DNA from: the human T2T-CHM13v2.0 reference genome, Homo sapiens
Assembly: GCF_009914755.1 (NCBI RefSeq)
Contig: NC_060933.1
Length of the DNA stretch: 64,000 nucleotides
Direction: 5' to 3' (one strand)
In this document: positions 14,356-31,192 of the stretch, piece after piece
Numbering within the stretch: position 1 is the first letter of the stretch
Layout of the letters: each line of letters starts with the position of its first letter
Position numbers and translations under genes: made by a program
Notes under the pieces: generated by a model
Databases searched by the model: none
Told to the model about the DNA's origin: nothing
The model's input: only the letters and a program-made list of their open reading frames with translations

Positions 14356-14616
14356 AACCAATTTTTTCATCTGTAATAGAGATTAAAAATATCAACTTCA
14401 TAAAGCTGTTGTAAAGTTTAAATTAAATCCTGTATTAAAATGAGAACAAGACCACATGATCTGAATAATGGGATAATGGGTATAAACCAATTTCCTCATC
14501 TGTAAAACAGATTTAAAGTGTCAACTTCATTAGCTGTTGTAAAGTTTAAATAAGCTCTTGTATTAAAGTATTAAAGTGAGAAACCACATAGTTTGAATAA
14601 TGGGATACTGAGTGTA
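14356..14616. repeat. Diverged ~130-bp tandem duplication containing a MIR core
   Basis: Units 14356-14484 and 14485-14616 share aaccaattt..tcatctgtaa..tcaacttcat..agctgttgtaaagtttaaat..tgtattaaa..tgaga..accacat..tgaataatgggata. Confidence 0.85.
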
Positions 14617-14909
14617 CGTTCACTCTTCATGTCAGCACTTTTCCATAAGTCAGTTGCAAACCTATGTTACAGTTTTTGAAATTTAAAGTACACTTTTACT
14701 CATACTTACTTAATATTTATCTTGAAAACAACTCACTTTTTTTTACTAAAATAGAGTTAGATGGAAGTAAAGTAATATTGTTACTATAGGTATGCCTATG
14801 TCACTTTGATAAATAGAATGTAACTAGAAAATTAAATATCATAGAAACTTTTATCTCCAGTTCACCTGGAGGCCATTTCCATTCTGGTGGAGTGAAAGAT
14901 TCTAGAATC

Positions 14910-15047
14910 TTCCTTGCTACCCAAGGCATGGCATTTGGATCAGATCAGTATCATCTGGAAGCTTGTTAGAAATACAGACCCTCAGCCCACCCCACATCTG
15001 CTGAATCAGAATGTGCATTTTAACAAAACCCTCAGGTAATTTGTAAG
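14910..15047. mobile_element. MER5A fragment
   Basis: catctggaagcttgttagaaatacagaccctcagcccaccccaca..ctgaatcagaatgtgcattttaacaa. Confidence 0.7.
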
Positions 15048-18000
15048 CTTTGTTCCAAAAATTCTCCTTTCCTGCTCCTAGGGCCTACCCCTTTCCACAT
15101 TAACCCCTTCAAATGTAACCCTCAACTTCTTCCCTCCTTTATCCTTAATACATATTTTGCTTTCAATCCTTTTGCTTTATATAAGCTGAAATGTTGTATT
15201 TATAATTTAAATGCAGGGGTGATTTAAATCTTAAATTGGGTCACTTATGTACACATGGATTTTTATCTTTTACAAGCATTCTGCATACCATTAGTGGTGC
15301 ACATACTACATTTGGAAAAACTGCCTTGCTTCTGTGTTTGTGTTCACCATGTCTCCAGTCATTTATAGGTCCTTGGGGTCAGTCATAAATAGTCAAGACC
15401 AGAACTATTAAGTCTATAAGTACCAAGGAGTATTTGTCATATTCCCATTGGCTTGGCTATTCCTATGCCAGAAAAGAGCTTCCAAAGCTTTTTTCAGTTG
15501 ATGAGCTCTTCTTGCATTTGCTCCTCTATTATGATTCTTTGCTCCAAAGGAATCCCTACTAGTAATTTGGTGGAAAATAATGTACCAGTCATGCTACCTG
15601 CATGGCCAGAATATATAAATTCCTATAACTTAATAAAATTGACATCCAGGTCTACACAGTAATCACTGGGAACTAGTTAATATTCATATGGGAGCTTAGA
15701 TATATTAAAGATTTGTTGCCAAATGACATTTTTGAGCCTACAATGCAGGTTTTACTGTGGACTATAGTAAATGAACCAGGAAAATTCTGTCTGCTAAAAA
15801 CCTGCTCTAGAAAGATTGGCAGCCAATGACTCCTGGTGCCACCCTTACCCCAAATGTGCTTTTCTTACAAATGTAAACACCAAATTGAGTTGGTTCCAAT
15901 ATATGCCTACTGAAAATAATAAATAATTCATCATCTCAGTCTCACACGGAAATATTAACTTTCTTAAATTTTCAGTGCTTAGCCAACCCTAAGGTGCTCT
16001 GAGGCTTCAACTCACCATGGGGCTATCTAAAAATCTTATACCAGCTCATCTCAATTTTGGCCACTTAAAGTCATAGGCCTTCATTAATTCCTGACTCCTA
16101 AGCAAGCTTCCTTTATTGAGTGATAAATTCTGGGGGCTGGCAGATATTAGAAATCCATCTGGGCTGCTCCTGTAATAGACAGATACTAAATAATGTAAAT
16201 TAGGGTAGAAAAAGACTTTGAGGTCAAGAATGAAAGAATCAGAGAACTTGAGAACCAGAAAGGACTCTAGAGATCAGCCAACCTAACCCCTTGGAAAGCT
16301 GAGCTACAGAGAGATGAGAATATTGGCTAAGGTCACAGACCTGGTAATTAAGTAGCAGTGGTGGAAAGTATAATCGGGCCTGATGAGAGTGCTTTTACTA
16401 CAGTGCATTCTTCATCACAGAAGTGCTTTGGACTGATTGCTATTAAATAAAGCAGGGTGGTTAGAGAAACAAAGCAGGAAAGAGAAAAAGAGGATAAAAT
16501 TTCTGAAGTTGGTTTTCCCTGAAAAAATCTTCAGAGATTGCCCTCACTTTGATAGATAATGTATTCCTCCAGCAATACTCAAGCCGCGCTTTTCCTTTCT
16601 CAGCTGCATGGGGTTAAGCTGAAGGCTTTCAGACTTTTCTACGATAACCATGGAAGTATTTTCTAATTACCATTCTGCATTCCTTTTCCATTTATCAGAT
16701 GGTTTCACCATGCATTGTCTGCTTGACACTTGCTGATTTCATCATCAGCATTAACCTTATTGCCATCTACCTTTTACCATGTCTGACTGCACCATCGCAC
16801 TGTTTTTTATGGTTCTATTGACAGTCCTCAGGTGCTTATGTTTCCCACCCCATGACATCCCTGTGCCAGTCCCTGGTAGGGTGTTACCAGGGGCTTGGAA
16901 GAGAGAAGAGCACACAAATGAGAAAAAAAAAAATCCCTGTAGGTTTTACAGGAAAATTGGAATTTTCTCTAAGATTTTTGTGTTGTATAGGAATAAAGAG
17001 TTCATTCCTTCTGCTCATTTTTTTAACATGATGTAAAATTTTTTAACACCTAAAACTCACCTTTGCAAGGTTTAGATGTATAGATGTTAAAAACCAAAAC
17101 CCGGTTTCCACTGGGCGCAGACTATTCTAAATTCATTTCCATTTAAGGGATTAAAAAGGCAAAAAGAAAACATTAAGTGCTCTAGAGGAATTTAAATCTT
17201 CCTCCTTCTCAGAGGATTTAATGCTCAGAGTTCTGTTTCTAAATGTTACAGTCTTCAGTATAGTTCAGGAAATCCAGGACCTATTATGTTTAGCTTTTCC
17301 AACCTCAAATGACTCCCATTAGGGCTCTGTGGTCTGAAAGAAGGAGATGAAGCCAACCCTCAGAATGGGTTCTATTCTAAAAAACTCTTGATTTATACTC
17401 CATCAACTTAAAATAGATGATTTAATTGTTTTTTTAAATGACAGACACATTTTTGGGTTTAGGGGAGAAAGATGTAATCACTATGTTATCTCCCATAAAG
17501 ACTCATCAAAACCCCAGTGGTTAATGTTGCCCAATATATTAATGGGAGAGCCACATCTGGAATATTGGACTCCATGTCATTCTGATCATGGGTCCTCAAG
17601 AAAGATCTAATGGCACTGGAAACAGTTATGAGACATGGCAAGGAAAAATGCCTAAGGAGAAGAAAAATCAAGAAAAAGAGGGCAGACTAAAAAGAAAATA
17701 AAAACAAATTAATATACTTGCCTCAAGATGGGTAAGTGTATTTATGTCTAAAACATGATGTGTGCAGAGCACAAATACAGATTTGAAAAAATGTCTTATG
17801 TGTCTGCTTGGCATAAGGCTGCATGTTGAGTGATGTGAAGACAATAGAGATGAGTAAGACAAGATTCATATCACAGGGTTATTTGAATGTTAGCATTTTA
17901 TGTTTAGAAATATAACTTAAATATCAGTGATGCAAGTAGAACACAGCACATGTCTAAGAGATATGAAGGTAAAACATCAGAGTATTTCAGAGGAAGACTA

Positions 18001-18134
18001 GTGTCCATTGGAAGGACCATGGAAGGCATAATGGCTAAAGTTGTATCTCAAAGTGTGGGTACAACTGGAGAAGCACATATTAGAGACAAGGATGTACGAT
18101 ATAGTGGAGCTACAGAAAACCAAAGATACAGCAT

Positions 18135-18575
18135 CAGTATATTAGTTGAGATAAAGTTTGCAGGGATAACAGATAAATCCCCAAATCTCAGTGATTTAAC
18201 AGAATAGAAGTTTAATTCTTGTTCCCATAAAGTCCAAAATGGAAATTTTTGTTTAGTTCTGACTATCTGACAAGCGGTGATTGAAGGACCATCTTTTGGC
18301 TTCCTCATCTTTAATACCTCCAAGGTCACTGTGCTCACCTACATTAAGCTGGTAAAAGGAGAAAGAGTATGGAAAAAACAGTTTAGGAAATTTCTGTGGC
18401 CCAGGCCTGGAAGGTGTACAAATCACTTCTGCTTATATTCTATTAACCAAAACTTAAGCACATGTCCACACCCAAGTGCAAGAGATGCTGGAAAATGTAG
18501 TCTAGTGAGAAGAGAAATGTGTGTACCCAGGAAGAAGAGAAAATGGGCTTGATGAATGAATATCCAGCCTGTCTC
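18135..18575 (-). mobile_element. Old MaLR LTR (MLT1J/K/L-like)
   Basis: ccccaaatctcagtgatttaac...cacttctgcttatattctatt..gcaagagatgctggaaaatgtagtct. Confidence 0.55.
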
Positions 18576-18704
18576 TTCAACATGTAGGGAGGTCTATATG
18601 GAGAAGTAATTCAATTTAATTGAAATAGAGGATGGGAGATGAGGAATCATTTGAGATACAACTAAAGAAGTGAGTTGAGAACAGTTTTATTTTTGATTGA
18701 TTGA

Positions 18705-19015
18705 TTATTTAATTCATTTATTTAACAAAGTTTATTTAGCCTCTGCTGCATGCCAAATACTATCCTAGGTGTTGAGGATTCAATACGGAATATGTTTAGT
18801 GGAAAAGACAGGTATGAGAGCAAGTATTGTAGGCACTATAATAGAGGTATGTGCCAAATGCCATAAAACGCAAAGGAGAGGCAGTAACTCTGATGGGAGA
18901 GCTCAGGACTGCCATTGAATCAGAATGACGGTCTTTATATGAGGAGGGTAGATATTAGGGATATGAAGGAAACATCATAGGCAAACACACAGGTACATGG
19001 AAAGACATCATGAAG
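18705..19015 (-). mobile_element. L2 3' fragment
   Basis: attcatttatttaacaaagtttatttagcctctgctgcatgccaaatactatcctagg. Confidence 0.55.
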
Positions 19016-19499
19016 CCACAAAGTTATAGGGAATATGAAAATTTTCACAGAATCCTACTTTATCAGAAACTGGGCCAAACCTATGAACCTAAAATTGTAA
19101 ATTCAGGACAAAAAGCAAACAACAACAACAACAACAAGAAATGCTACATTTCGCAGTGAATCATAAACCGACAAAACTTTTTTTAATTTAGTGTTTTACT
19201 AATAGTACAAGCTAGTGATAGTTACATTTACCACTGGGTTAAAGAGATCAAGGTTGAGAAATTCATATGTCATTCAGAAAAGTAGGAAGGTTTTAGGGGC
19301 ATATTTCTTGTTCTTTGCAATTAGTGGTTTGCTCAGAATATATTGTTTGAGATTGCTGTCAAAGACAGGGGCTTTGAAGTCAGATAGATTTGGGTTTTAA
19401 TCATAAATGCAGCCTTTGTTAGTTGTATAGCCTTGGGCATTTTTCCTCTTGGTTTTCCTTGCCTGTAAAATTGGGACATGGATATTATACATTCCAGTT

Positions 19500-20010
19500 T
19501 ATCAATTAGTCTTTGTTGACTATAGTTTAGGGGATTAAAGATAATTTAATAGCTCATGGTTCTAAGAGCTGACAATTTGGAGTTGAGTTCAGTGAGATAG
19601 TTTTTCTGCTGGCTTCACTTGAACTCATGGATGTGGCTGCATGCAGCTAAGGGTTAACTGGGGACTAGTTGGTCTACAATGGCCATATGTCTTGTGATTT
19701 GTGCTGGCTGTTTGTTGGTACTGGTTGTTTGTTAAGGTCATGGGGATGAATATACCACATGTCTCCAATGGGCTAGTTTGGGCTTATTCATATAGCACCA
19801 ATCTCAACATTCCCAGGAGCATCAACATAGGACATCCCCCAGTGGTCAAGTTTATTACAAGCCTTTGCCTGTATCATGTTATTGTTCTACTAGCCAACAC
19901 AAGGCACGTTGTCCCATTGGCCAAGCCCAGAGTCAGTGTGAGAGTTGACTACCCAAGGGTGTAGTTACGGAGAGACAAAACCAAATTGGGACTGCAACAA
20001 TCTACCATAT
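19500..20010 (-). mobile_element. MLT1G/H-like LTR inserted in a MIR (MIR parts ~19360-19490 and ~20010-20100)
   Basis: ggccaagcccagagtcagtgtg...gcaacaatctaccata; MIR motifs resume on both sides. Confidence 0.55.
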
Positions 20011-20254
20011 CCAATCATAGAATTGTGTAGATCAAATAACATAATGTACATAATGATATGTTTATCAAATTTACTGCCATGAAGTAAACATTCAATAAAA
20101 CAGAAGTGATGAAGATGATGCATGGATCACTGTGAATGTGGCATACCTAATTTTCATTTATAGTTGAAATCAGTATCTCATTGGGGATAGGAGGTCTGGA
20201 GGCTAGTCTAGCTTTGTGGTTATGTAATCTTTAGTAGGAAACTGGGGCCAGAGA

Positions 20255-20612
20255 GACTACGGGTTGTTTAGCCACAACAATGCACAAATGGAAAACACTT
20301 TTTGCTAACTGCCTGTCTTTGTTCACACAATTCTGGAAGCTGGATAGTTGAAGATGAATGTGCCAGGAGATTTGGTGACTTATGAAGGCTCATTTCATAT
20401 ATGGTGCCTTTTTACTGTGTCCACACATGGCAGAAAGAAAAGGCAAACATGCACCTTCTGGTCTCTTTCATAAGGGCACTAATCCCATGCATGAGGGATT
20501 TCCTCTCATGACCTAATCACTTCTGAAGGTCCCCAACTCTTAATATGATTGCATTAGATATTAGGTTTCAACCTATAAATTTTGGGGAAACACAAACATT
20601 CAGACCATAGCA
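20255..20612 (-). mobile_element. MLT1A/MSTD-like LTR
   Basis: ataagggcactaatcccat..gacctaatcac..tttggggaaacacaaacattcagaccatagca. Confidence 0.8.
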
Positions 20613-21742
20613 CTGCTGCTCCACTAAAACTCTTCTAACCACCGCTTCTGTCTTCCTATCACATCCCACCCTTCTATCCTGTTGATCAATGTTCTTCCCT
20701 TGTCCAACCCACCACAGCCACCTTTTTCTACCTACCGTTACAGTCACTGCACACATGACTTACCATAGGACTGTTTAGACCATGTCAGATTGCCTAGGTA
20801 CTTTTTCTTTCGGAATCTGTAACTAGATTTGTTAAAATGCTTATAGATGCATGTAATTAAATAACCAACTGACACAGATTAAACTCTGAGGAATTATTAC
20901 CTAATTTAATAGCTCTGGGAGAAGTAGTCCCTGAGTTGATTGACTAATGCAGAGGTTCTATAAATGATGTCAGGACTCAGAGATGGCTTATCTGAGATTT
21001 TCTTTAGCTTCCCTCAGTGTTATTGAAGATGGCAGCTGCATTTCCAAGCACCCTGCTCTCACAAGACAACATCTAAGGGCAAGAGAGAAAATGCATTTCC
21101 TACTTTCCTCTGCTAGCTCTCATTCACTTTATTTATCAGGGAAGTACACTTCTCTCAGAACCTCCTGATATATTTCTCATTGACCAGAATGTAGTCACAT
21201 GATAACCTCCAAACCAATCAGAGGCAAAAGAGAATAATATTACCTTTATCATAGTTGTAGCAGATTTATCATGATTTATGTCCTAGAATTAGGAAGTTGC
21301 CTATATTTCCTGGGTATACTGTTGCAGAATACATTGTTACAGGCTAATTATTTTTTAAAGGTTTAATCATGACTGTTATGCAGATATAAAATGAATATGT
21401 ATAAAAGATTTTGTTTAATTCATTAATTAAAGAGGGAACCACAAAAAAAGTTACAACCAGTTCCAAAAAAAAAAAAAAAAAAAAAAATCCAGAGAATGCG
21501 AAAGTAGTCCAAGATGGCCGAATAGGAACAGCTCCAGTTTGCAGCTTCCAGCGTGATCGACACGGAAGACAGGTGATTCCTGCATTTCCAACTGAGGTAC
21601 CTGGTTCATCTCATTGGGACTGGTTGGACAGTGGGTGCAGCCCATGGAGGGTGAGCTGAAGCAGGGTGGGGCATCGCCTCACATGGGAAGTGCAAGGGGT
21701 TGAGGGATTTCCCTTTCTTAGCCAACAGAAGCCATGACAGAC

Positions 21743-21937
21743 TTACCTGGGAAAGTGGGACACTCCTGCCCAAATACCGCGCTTTTCCCGAGGTCTTAGC
21801 AACTGGCAGACAAGGAGATTCTCTACTGTGCCTGACTTGGCAGGTCCCACACCCATGGAGCCTTGCTCACTGCTAGCGCAGCAGTCTGAGATCAAACTGC
21901 GAGGCGACAGCCTGGCTGCGGGAGGGGCGTCCACCAT
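21743..21937 (-). CDS. ORF0: L1 antisense ORF0 homologue (64 aa) in the L1PA6-like 5'UTR
   Basis: ATG-initiated MVDAPPAARLSPRSLISDCCASS... aligns with ORF0 of the young L1 (MAGAPPPASLPPCSLISDCCASN...). Expression unknown. Confidence 0.45.
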   Translation of the reverse strand: MVDAPPAARLSPRSLISDCCASSEQGSMGVGPAKSGTVENLLVCQLLRPREKRGIWAGVSHFPR

Positions 21938-22517
21938 TGCTGTGGCTTGAGTAGGTAAACAAAGCGGCTGGGAAGCTCAAACTGGGTGGAGACCACTGCA
22001 GCTCAACAAGGCCCACTGCCTCTAGACTCCACCTCTGTGGGCAGGGCATAGCTGAACAAAAGGCAGCAGACAACTTCTGCAGACTTAAACATCCCTATCT
22101 GACAGATCTGAAAAGAGCAGTGGTTCTCCCAGCAAGGCATTTGAGCACTGAGAATGGACATACTGCTTCCTCAAGTGGGTCCCTGACCCCCGTGTAGCCT
22201 AACTGGGAGACACCTCCCAGTAGGGGCCAACAGACACCTCATATAGGCGGTTCCCCCTCTGAGACGAAGCTTCCAGAGGAAGGATCAGGCAGCAGTATTT
22301 GCTGTTCTGCAGCCTCTGCTGGTGATACCCAGGAAAAAGGGTCTGGAGTGGACCTCCAGAAAACTCTAACAGACCTGCAACTGAGGAACCTGAATGTTAG
22401 AAGGAAAACTAACAAACAGAATGGAATAGCATCAACATCAACAAAAAGGTCATCTACACCAAAACCCCATCTGTAGGTCACCAACATCAAAGACCAAAGG
22501 TAGATAAAACCACAAAG

Positions 22518-23535
22518 ATGGGGAGAAACCAGAGCAGAAAAGCTGAAAATTCTAAAAACCAGAGGGCCTCTTCTCCTCCAAAGGCTCGCAGCTCCTCACC
22601 AGCAACAGAACAAAGCTGGATGGAGAATGACTTTGATGAGTTGAAAGAAGCAGGCTTCAGAAGATCGGTAATAACAAAACTTCTCCAAGCTAAAGGAGCA
22701 TGCTCTAGACCATCGCAAGGAAGCTAAAAACCTTGAAAAAAGATTAGGCGAATGGCTAACTAGAATAAACTGGGTAGAGAAGACCTTAAATGACCCGAGG
22801 GAGCTGAAAACCATGGCACGAGAACTTCGTGATGCATGCACAAGCTTCAATAGCTGATTCAATCAAGTGGAAGAAAGGGTATCAGTGATTGAAGATCAAA
22901 TTAATGAAATAAAGCAAGAAGACAAGGTTAGAGATAAAAAGAGAAAAGAAATGAACAAAGCCTCCAAGAAATATGGAAAAAGTCTAAATCTGTGTTTGAT
23001 TGGTGTACCTGAAAGTGATGGGGAGAATAGAACCAAGTTGGGAAACACTCTTCAGGATATTATCCAGGAGAACTTCCCCAACCTAGCAAGGCAGGCCAAC
23101 ATTCAAATTCAGGAAATACAGAGAACACCACAAAGATACTCCTCGAGAAGAGCAACCCAAAGACACATAATTGTCAGATTCACCAAGGTTGAAATGAAGG
23201 GAAAAGTGTTAAGGGCAGCCAGAGAGAAAGATCAGGTTACCCACAAAGGGAAGCCCATCATACTAACAATGGATCCCTCAGCAGAAACCCTACAAGCCAC
23301 AAGAGAATGGGGGCCAATATTCAACATTCTTAAAGGAAAGAATTTTCAACCCAGAATTTCATATCTAGCCAAACTAAGCTTCATAAGTGAAGGAGAAATA
23401 AAATCCTTTACAGACAAGCAAATGCTGAGAGATTTTTTTACCACTAGGCCTGCCTTACAAGAGCAACTGAAGGAAACACTAAACATGGAAAGGAACAACT
23501 GGTACCAGTCACTGCAAAAACATGCCAAATTGTAA
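22518..23535 (+). pseudogene. Disrupted L1 ORF1
   Basis: MGRNQSRK... (22518) and ...MERNNWYQSLQKHAKL (22867-23535) are in different frames. Confidence 0.9.
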
Positions 23536-23597
23536 AGAACATCGATGCTAGGAAGAAACTGCATCAATTAACAGGCAAATAACCAGCAAACATCATA

Positions 23598-27419
<3,822 letters not shown>

Positions 27420-27634
27420 ACAATGAGATCCCTTGGACACAGGGTGGGGAATATCATACACCGGGGCCTGTTGGGGGATAGCATTAGGAGAAATACCTAA
27501 TGTAAATGATGAGTTGATGGGGGCAGCAAACCAACGTGGCACATGCATACCTATGTATCAAACCTGTACATTGTACCCATTTACCCTAGCACTTAAAGTA
27601 TAATAAAAAAAATTAAAAAATATATATATTTTTA

Positions 27635-27994
<360 letters not shown>

Positions 27995-29273
27995 TCAATG
28001 TAAAGTTAGCTTCTTTTTACTGTGGGGAAAGAAAGTCAATTGAACCTCAATTGAATATAATTTATGTGTATATTTATAAACAAGAAATATTTGTCTTTCA
28101 CCAGTTTTCTACAAATTAATGTCTGTCTCGGCAGGATTGTAAAATAGCTCAAAGATGATGAAAGGCACAAATAACACAAAGTAGATAGGTGGAAGAGTAA
28201 GCTCCAAACAACACTTAGTTTTCAATAGAAAGTCCCTCATAGTCTTTTGATCCACTTAAAATTCTTTCAATTTATCCTTACAACACAAACCAAATCAGAT
28301 TTTCTTAACAAGAAATAGAGGGGAAATGTCTGCGGTACAGACAACCCAGAGTGTCTGCCACAAACACATTGCTAGAAATTAAGAGAGAAATAAACATATC
28401 CTAATTTGCAGTGAGATTTAACACCTCCTTAGACAGATCACATTGGCTACAAATGATAACCAAGCAATATTGGTTGAGGCAGAGAAAGCCTGGCGATTGG
28501 CCCTGAGTTTAAGCCTGAGTTTGCAGCACGTGGGGCAGCCACTTTCTATCTCTACCCCTGAGGACTTGACTGAATTGCAGGATAGGAATTTTAGCCAGAG
28601 GTACTTCTGCCATGAGGGGCAAGACCATGGGTGATTCCCTTTTGGAAGCTGCAGGATTTAATTTTTCTCATGTATATGACCATTCTGTGTTCTAATTCCC
28701 ACGCCCATCCTTGGCTCTTTGTGCACTTAGTATAAATTGAATTCCAAGGAAATTATACCAGGGATCACATACTATTCATTTCAGTCTGTTGACAGGCAAT
28801 TTTTCTGTAGTACCCTGCTGCGGGATTTGATAGTGAGATGGGGTGGTGTGAAAATGTGATATCTGATATTCTTACAGCATTTGTCCCCAATCTGGTGTTT
28901 ATGGGCTGTTTTCTTCCTATGTCTTATACAGTTTGGGATACTGTATTTTTGTACCTTAATTAGTTTCAAAATTAATAAACTACGTTTTTTTTCCTTTAAA
29001 GTTCTAAGCCACACACTGTACTTGCCAGCACTGCTTGTGGCACTGCAAGCCTGTCATATGAGAGGAATCTAGTCAGGTTTTTGCTAAGCACTACATTTCA
29101 CGCACACACTTCTGATTTTTGTCTGTGAGTAAATTGCTCCTTGAGAAAAAATTGCTCACATTTTAGAGTAATAAAAATTCTTTTGCATTGTTACATTGTA
29201 ACTATATACATGCCCATTGACCATTTCCAAGATGAGGTGCAGTCCTACCTTTGAAGCACTGCTTTTTCTGGGC

Positions 29274-29458
29274 CAGCGGCTCTAAACCTCCAGTGTGCAT
29301 TATAATCTCACAGGAGGCTCATTAAAACACAGATGGCTGGGCCCCACCACCAGTTTCTGTTGTAAAAGTCTGGATGGGACCAACAGTTGGCATTTCTGAC
29401 AAGTTCCTAGGTGCTGCTGATGTTGCTGGTTTGGGGTCCAGAATTTGAGAACCACTGC
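29274..29458. mobile_element. MER5A
   Basis: cagcggctctaaac...gcatttctgacaagttcctaggtgctgctgatg...tttgagaaccactg. Confidence 0.8.
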
Positions 29459-31192
29459 TCTGGACCATGCACCTTCAGGTCTGAAAAGATTGTCTCTGTC
29501 CAGAAGACAGCCACAGATCTACGTATCAGAGAAAAAAGAACCAATTGGATTATCACTAGGGAGTATTTTCAGGCCTTCCAAAGAAAGCCTATTTGTCATC
29601 CCTCCATTATTTCACTCAATGCAAATATTGATATGAATAGTCCAAAATGGCAGATCACTGAAAATCATCATATTGGAATCACTCTAGGGCTTCCAGCTAA
29701 TTGCTGATGCATCATATGGACAGGAGAAAGTATCTGAGCTGAAGACATGCAGACCCATAAACCTATTACTGTTATTAGTGGCAGGTTGCTTTGAGCCCTA
29801 ATCTTCCATGGATCTGATTCTATTCAGAGGTTCAAATGGTGTCTCAGGCCCATCTGCTGATGTGGACCTCTAGAGTAAAAGGGCCTACCAAGAAGAAGGG
29901 ACCATACCTACCTCCAAGGCCATGGCTACAGTTTTGTCAACCATGATGTCAAAGGATGAAAAGAAGAGCCAAGTAACATTTCAAGGGATTCAAAACTGCA
30001 TGACTGGGATAGGATTAATCTGATTAACAGGGTGTTAACCTTGTCTCTTGACAGAGCTGCTGTGGGCTTACTAATGATCTCCAGCTGCCAGACCCTGTTT
30101 TACATGCTCTCACACCTGTGCCCTCAGCATTATTTCAGCACCAAAGTTCCTCAATTGAAGGATAAATGCTGTCTCCACCTTTGCAGTGGAAACGTGGGGG
30201 GCTTTCCTAGGAAGTGTTCCATCTGTGTAACTAGGAAACCTGCCTCCGCTTAACCTTAGACATCTGAAAGGGTCACAGAAGAAAGGCAGAATACTGTAGG
30301 TTTCACCACAGAGTATTAGAGGCCCATGCCAAGTTTATGGCAAGCAGACAGGAGAGCAGAGACCATTTGAAGTGGAAGCTATTGCCTCCTGTTGTGGTCA
30401 GTTGCATATGTGTGTATATCTGTCTCTTTTCCAAGGCTGAGCTCTTAAGCTCAGTCTTCCAACTTTGCCTTATTGAGTTTATCTATAATGATATTTTGTC
30501 TTCATATTGACTTATAAAATAATAAGCCCATAGATTCATAATAATCTGTTTCTTTTTGCCCTTCTCCCTCCTTTCTAGGTCTTTGTAGACAGGACCTGGA
30601 ACAGAAGAGGTGCTTTACAAAGGTCTTCTGAGTGGATAAATAAATGGATGGCTGAATGCTGTTTTGAGCATTAAGGTAAATATAAGAGCTATTCTCTTGG
30701 TTTGCCTGTCTTTCTCAGAAAACTCCCTAGAATCAATAAAGTTGTTAATAAAAAGTAAATGAATGACTTATATGAAAACGGAAAGTTGCATGAAGGCTCG
30801 GAAACGCCATTGCCTCAATAAAGAGCCATTGAATGGATGGAAAAATAACTTCAGTGAAGTTTCAGTGAAAACAGAATTATTTTGTAGCTGACAAAACTAA
30901 TGTCAGTTTCTGAGTCCTGATAAATTTTCATTGCATCCCCAAAGTAACTATGCAATAAAAAAATAAGTACACAGCTTCTCCTGATCTTGATTTTTATGAG
31001 TTATACATGTTTATTTCTTTGTTTAATAATAATAATAATAGCTAACCTTGATTGAGCACTAAAACCCAGACCCTGTTCAAGCTTTTTAAAAATTTAATAC
31101 TCAACATCAATCTGAGATGTTACAACAATTAACCTCAGAAATAATGAAGAATTTACTGAAGGGCATCTAGTTGATGATGGCTGGAGGCAGGA

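Noticed and set aside
14632-15323. Possible hAT-Charlie element bounded by cagcacttttcca and ttggaaaaactg
   Set aside because: TIR match is loose and I could not assign a family or TSD.
17463-17737. Candidate + strand exon ending in tgg|gtaagt
   Set aside because: Weak acceptor and no supporting frame; isolated donor matches are expected by chance in 64 kb.
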